Virus record (IMG/VR): IMGVR_UViG_3300048838_000134 | Coordinates: 1-41,225 of that record | Origin: a virus | DNA length: 41,225 bases | Direction: 5' to 3' (one strand) | In this document: positions 40,648 to 41,225 of the stretch, piece by piece | Layout of the letters: each line of letters begins with the position of its first letter | Numbering within the stretch: position 1 is the first letter of the stretch | Made by a program: the position numbers and the translations under genes | The notes under the pieces: model-generated | Databases searched by the model: none | The model's input: the letters and a program-made list of their open reading frames with translations, nothing else | What the model was told of the DNA's origin: nothing

Positions 40648-41061
40648 TTAAGTTAATACTCCTTCAGACTTCAGCTTTTTAATGCTGTCGGGGTGTGAAA
40701 AGTAAATCACCCCGCTTACCTTGCCGTGATAGCTGTCGTAATTGGGGTGTTCGAGTACGTCATTGTATCCCTGTCCGGGGCGTATGCCGCAGAACTGGAT
40801 GAACTCTGAACGGGTGAGATAGACCCCCGGCTTCAGCTCTTTGAGCTTTGTAGCCACAATGAACCGGATGTCATGCTTAGCCCGTAGCTGTTCCTCGGAG
40901 AGGCCGAGAGACTTTGACGGCTCCGGCTCAATTTGTAACAGGGGAGCCTCTTCTTTTGCCGCCTCAATATTGTGGCCGCAGGTGCGACATTTATACTTTT
41001 GCTTACCACTACGAGTTGTGCCGTTCTTGTTCATCACGGCGGAGCATCTTGGACAGTTCAT
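40648..41061 (-). CDS. Zinc-ribbon (InsA/IS1-type CxxC...CxxC) DNA-binding-like protein
   Basis: The N-terminus is MNCPRCSAVMNKNGTTRSGKQKYKCRTCGH. The C-terminal domain is unrecognised. Confidence 0.5.
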   Translation of the reverse strand: MNCPRCSAVMNKNGTTRSGKQKYKCRTCGHNIEAAKEEAPLLQIEPEPSKSLGLSEEQLRAKHDIRFIVATKLKELKPGVYLTRSEFIQFCGIRPGQGYNDVLEHPNYDSYHGKVSGVIYFSHPDSIKKLKSEGVLT

Positions 41062-41073
41062 TTTTTGGGTTTT

Positions 41074-41163
41074 TTATATGGTGAATAGTATGTACACCTC
41101 TCCGGCCAGCACCACGAGCAGTGCTGCCTCAATGAGCTTTGAGATAATGGTAAATGCTTTCAT
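41074..41163 (-). CDS. Possible 29-aa hydrophobic peptide spanning the circular junction (also read from 47 back across position 1)
   Basis: Hand-translated as MKAFTIISKLIEAALLVVLAGEVYILFTI. It starts 2 nt after the TGA of ORF 50..340 and ends 12 nt before the next gene. Confidence 0.25.
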   Translation of the reverse strand: MKAFTIISKLIEAALLVVLAGEVYILFTI

Positions 41164-41225
41164 GGTCAGAAGTTTGGTAATGGTTCAGATACTCCAAGAA
41201 TCAACTCTGCTGCGAGCCACAACGC
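41117..41225. repeat. Terminal direct repeat, copy 2 (identical to 1..109)
   Basis: Same comparison as copy 1. The repeat runs exactly to the end of the window. Confidence 0.95.

Noticed and set aside
1-41225. Genome-wide TAG (amber) reassignment, suggested by the in-frame TAG at 185..187
   Set aside because: TAG ends two otherwise normal genes, 6989..7411 and the tape-measure-like gene 13686..15779. In both, the next in-frame stop is only 3-7 codons further on. All large genes are intact under the standard code, and no suppressor tRNA was found. The TAG at 185..187 is therefore treated as a local event.
1-41225. Diversity-generating retroelement or retron targeting the fibre genes
   Set aside because: No reverse-transcriptase motifs (YxDD context) appear in any ORF. 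I noticed no template/variable repeat pair near the fibre or depolymerase genes.

Overview
The window is a complete tailed dsDNA phage genome of about 41.1 kb. Bases 1..109 are identical to 41117..41225, so the unit length is 41116 bp and the contig closes on itself or is terminally redundant. Coding density is very high. All genes except one two-gene cassette (13098..13708, +) lie on the minus strand, and many are linked by ATGA start/stop overlaps. Several features point to a Bacteroidota host: no Shine-Dalgarno sequences, TTTG / TAnnTTTG-type promoters in the few intergenic gaps, MKK-Leu-rich signal peptides and lipoboxes, and BACON-like and HYR-like domains. In transcription order on the minus strand, 41061->23239 holds early, replication and DNA-modification genes. 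These are a metallophosphoesterase, two HNH-AP2 homing endonucleases, an SNF2 helicase, an N4/N6 DNA methyltransferase, a ParB-like protein, a VRR-NUC nuclease, a frameshifted GT2 glycosyltransferase, another HNH, a replisome organizer, a DnaC-like loader, a DnaA-domain-IV-like HTH, YopX, and membrane proteins and lipoproteins. Region 22775->5241 holds packaging and morphogenesis genes: TerS, TerL, tail-like proteins, tape-measure-like protein, ClpP-type prohead protease/scaffold, major capsid protein, portal and a beta-helix protein. Region 5239->2787 is a lysis cassette, and 2782->378 holds two more fibre/depolymerase genes. No integrase, tRNA, CRISPR array or reverse transcriptase was seen. 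Six things merit a second look. First, a complete caspase-fold (C14-like) protease sits inside the lysis cassette, beside a holin-like protein and a signal-peptide outer-membrane beta-barrel-like protein where spanins would be expected. Second, a 565-bp non-coding region (39017..39582) reads as terminator, canonical promoter, then two related intrinsic-terminator hairpins, which suggests an ncRNA or antitermination leader. Third, a self-promoted plus-strand moron is wedged into the structural operon. Fourth, a membrane-protein ORF carries an in-frame TAG. Fifth, a glycosyltransferase is split by a +1 frameshift. Sixth, the morphogenesis gene order is non-canonical. All functional calls come from motif recognition by eye, and no database search was run.
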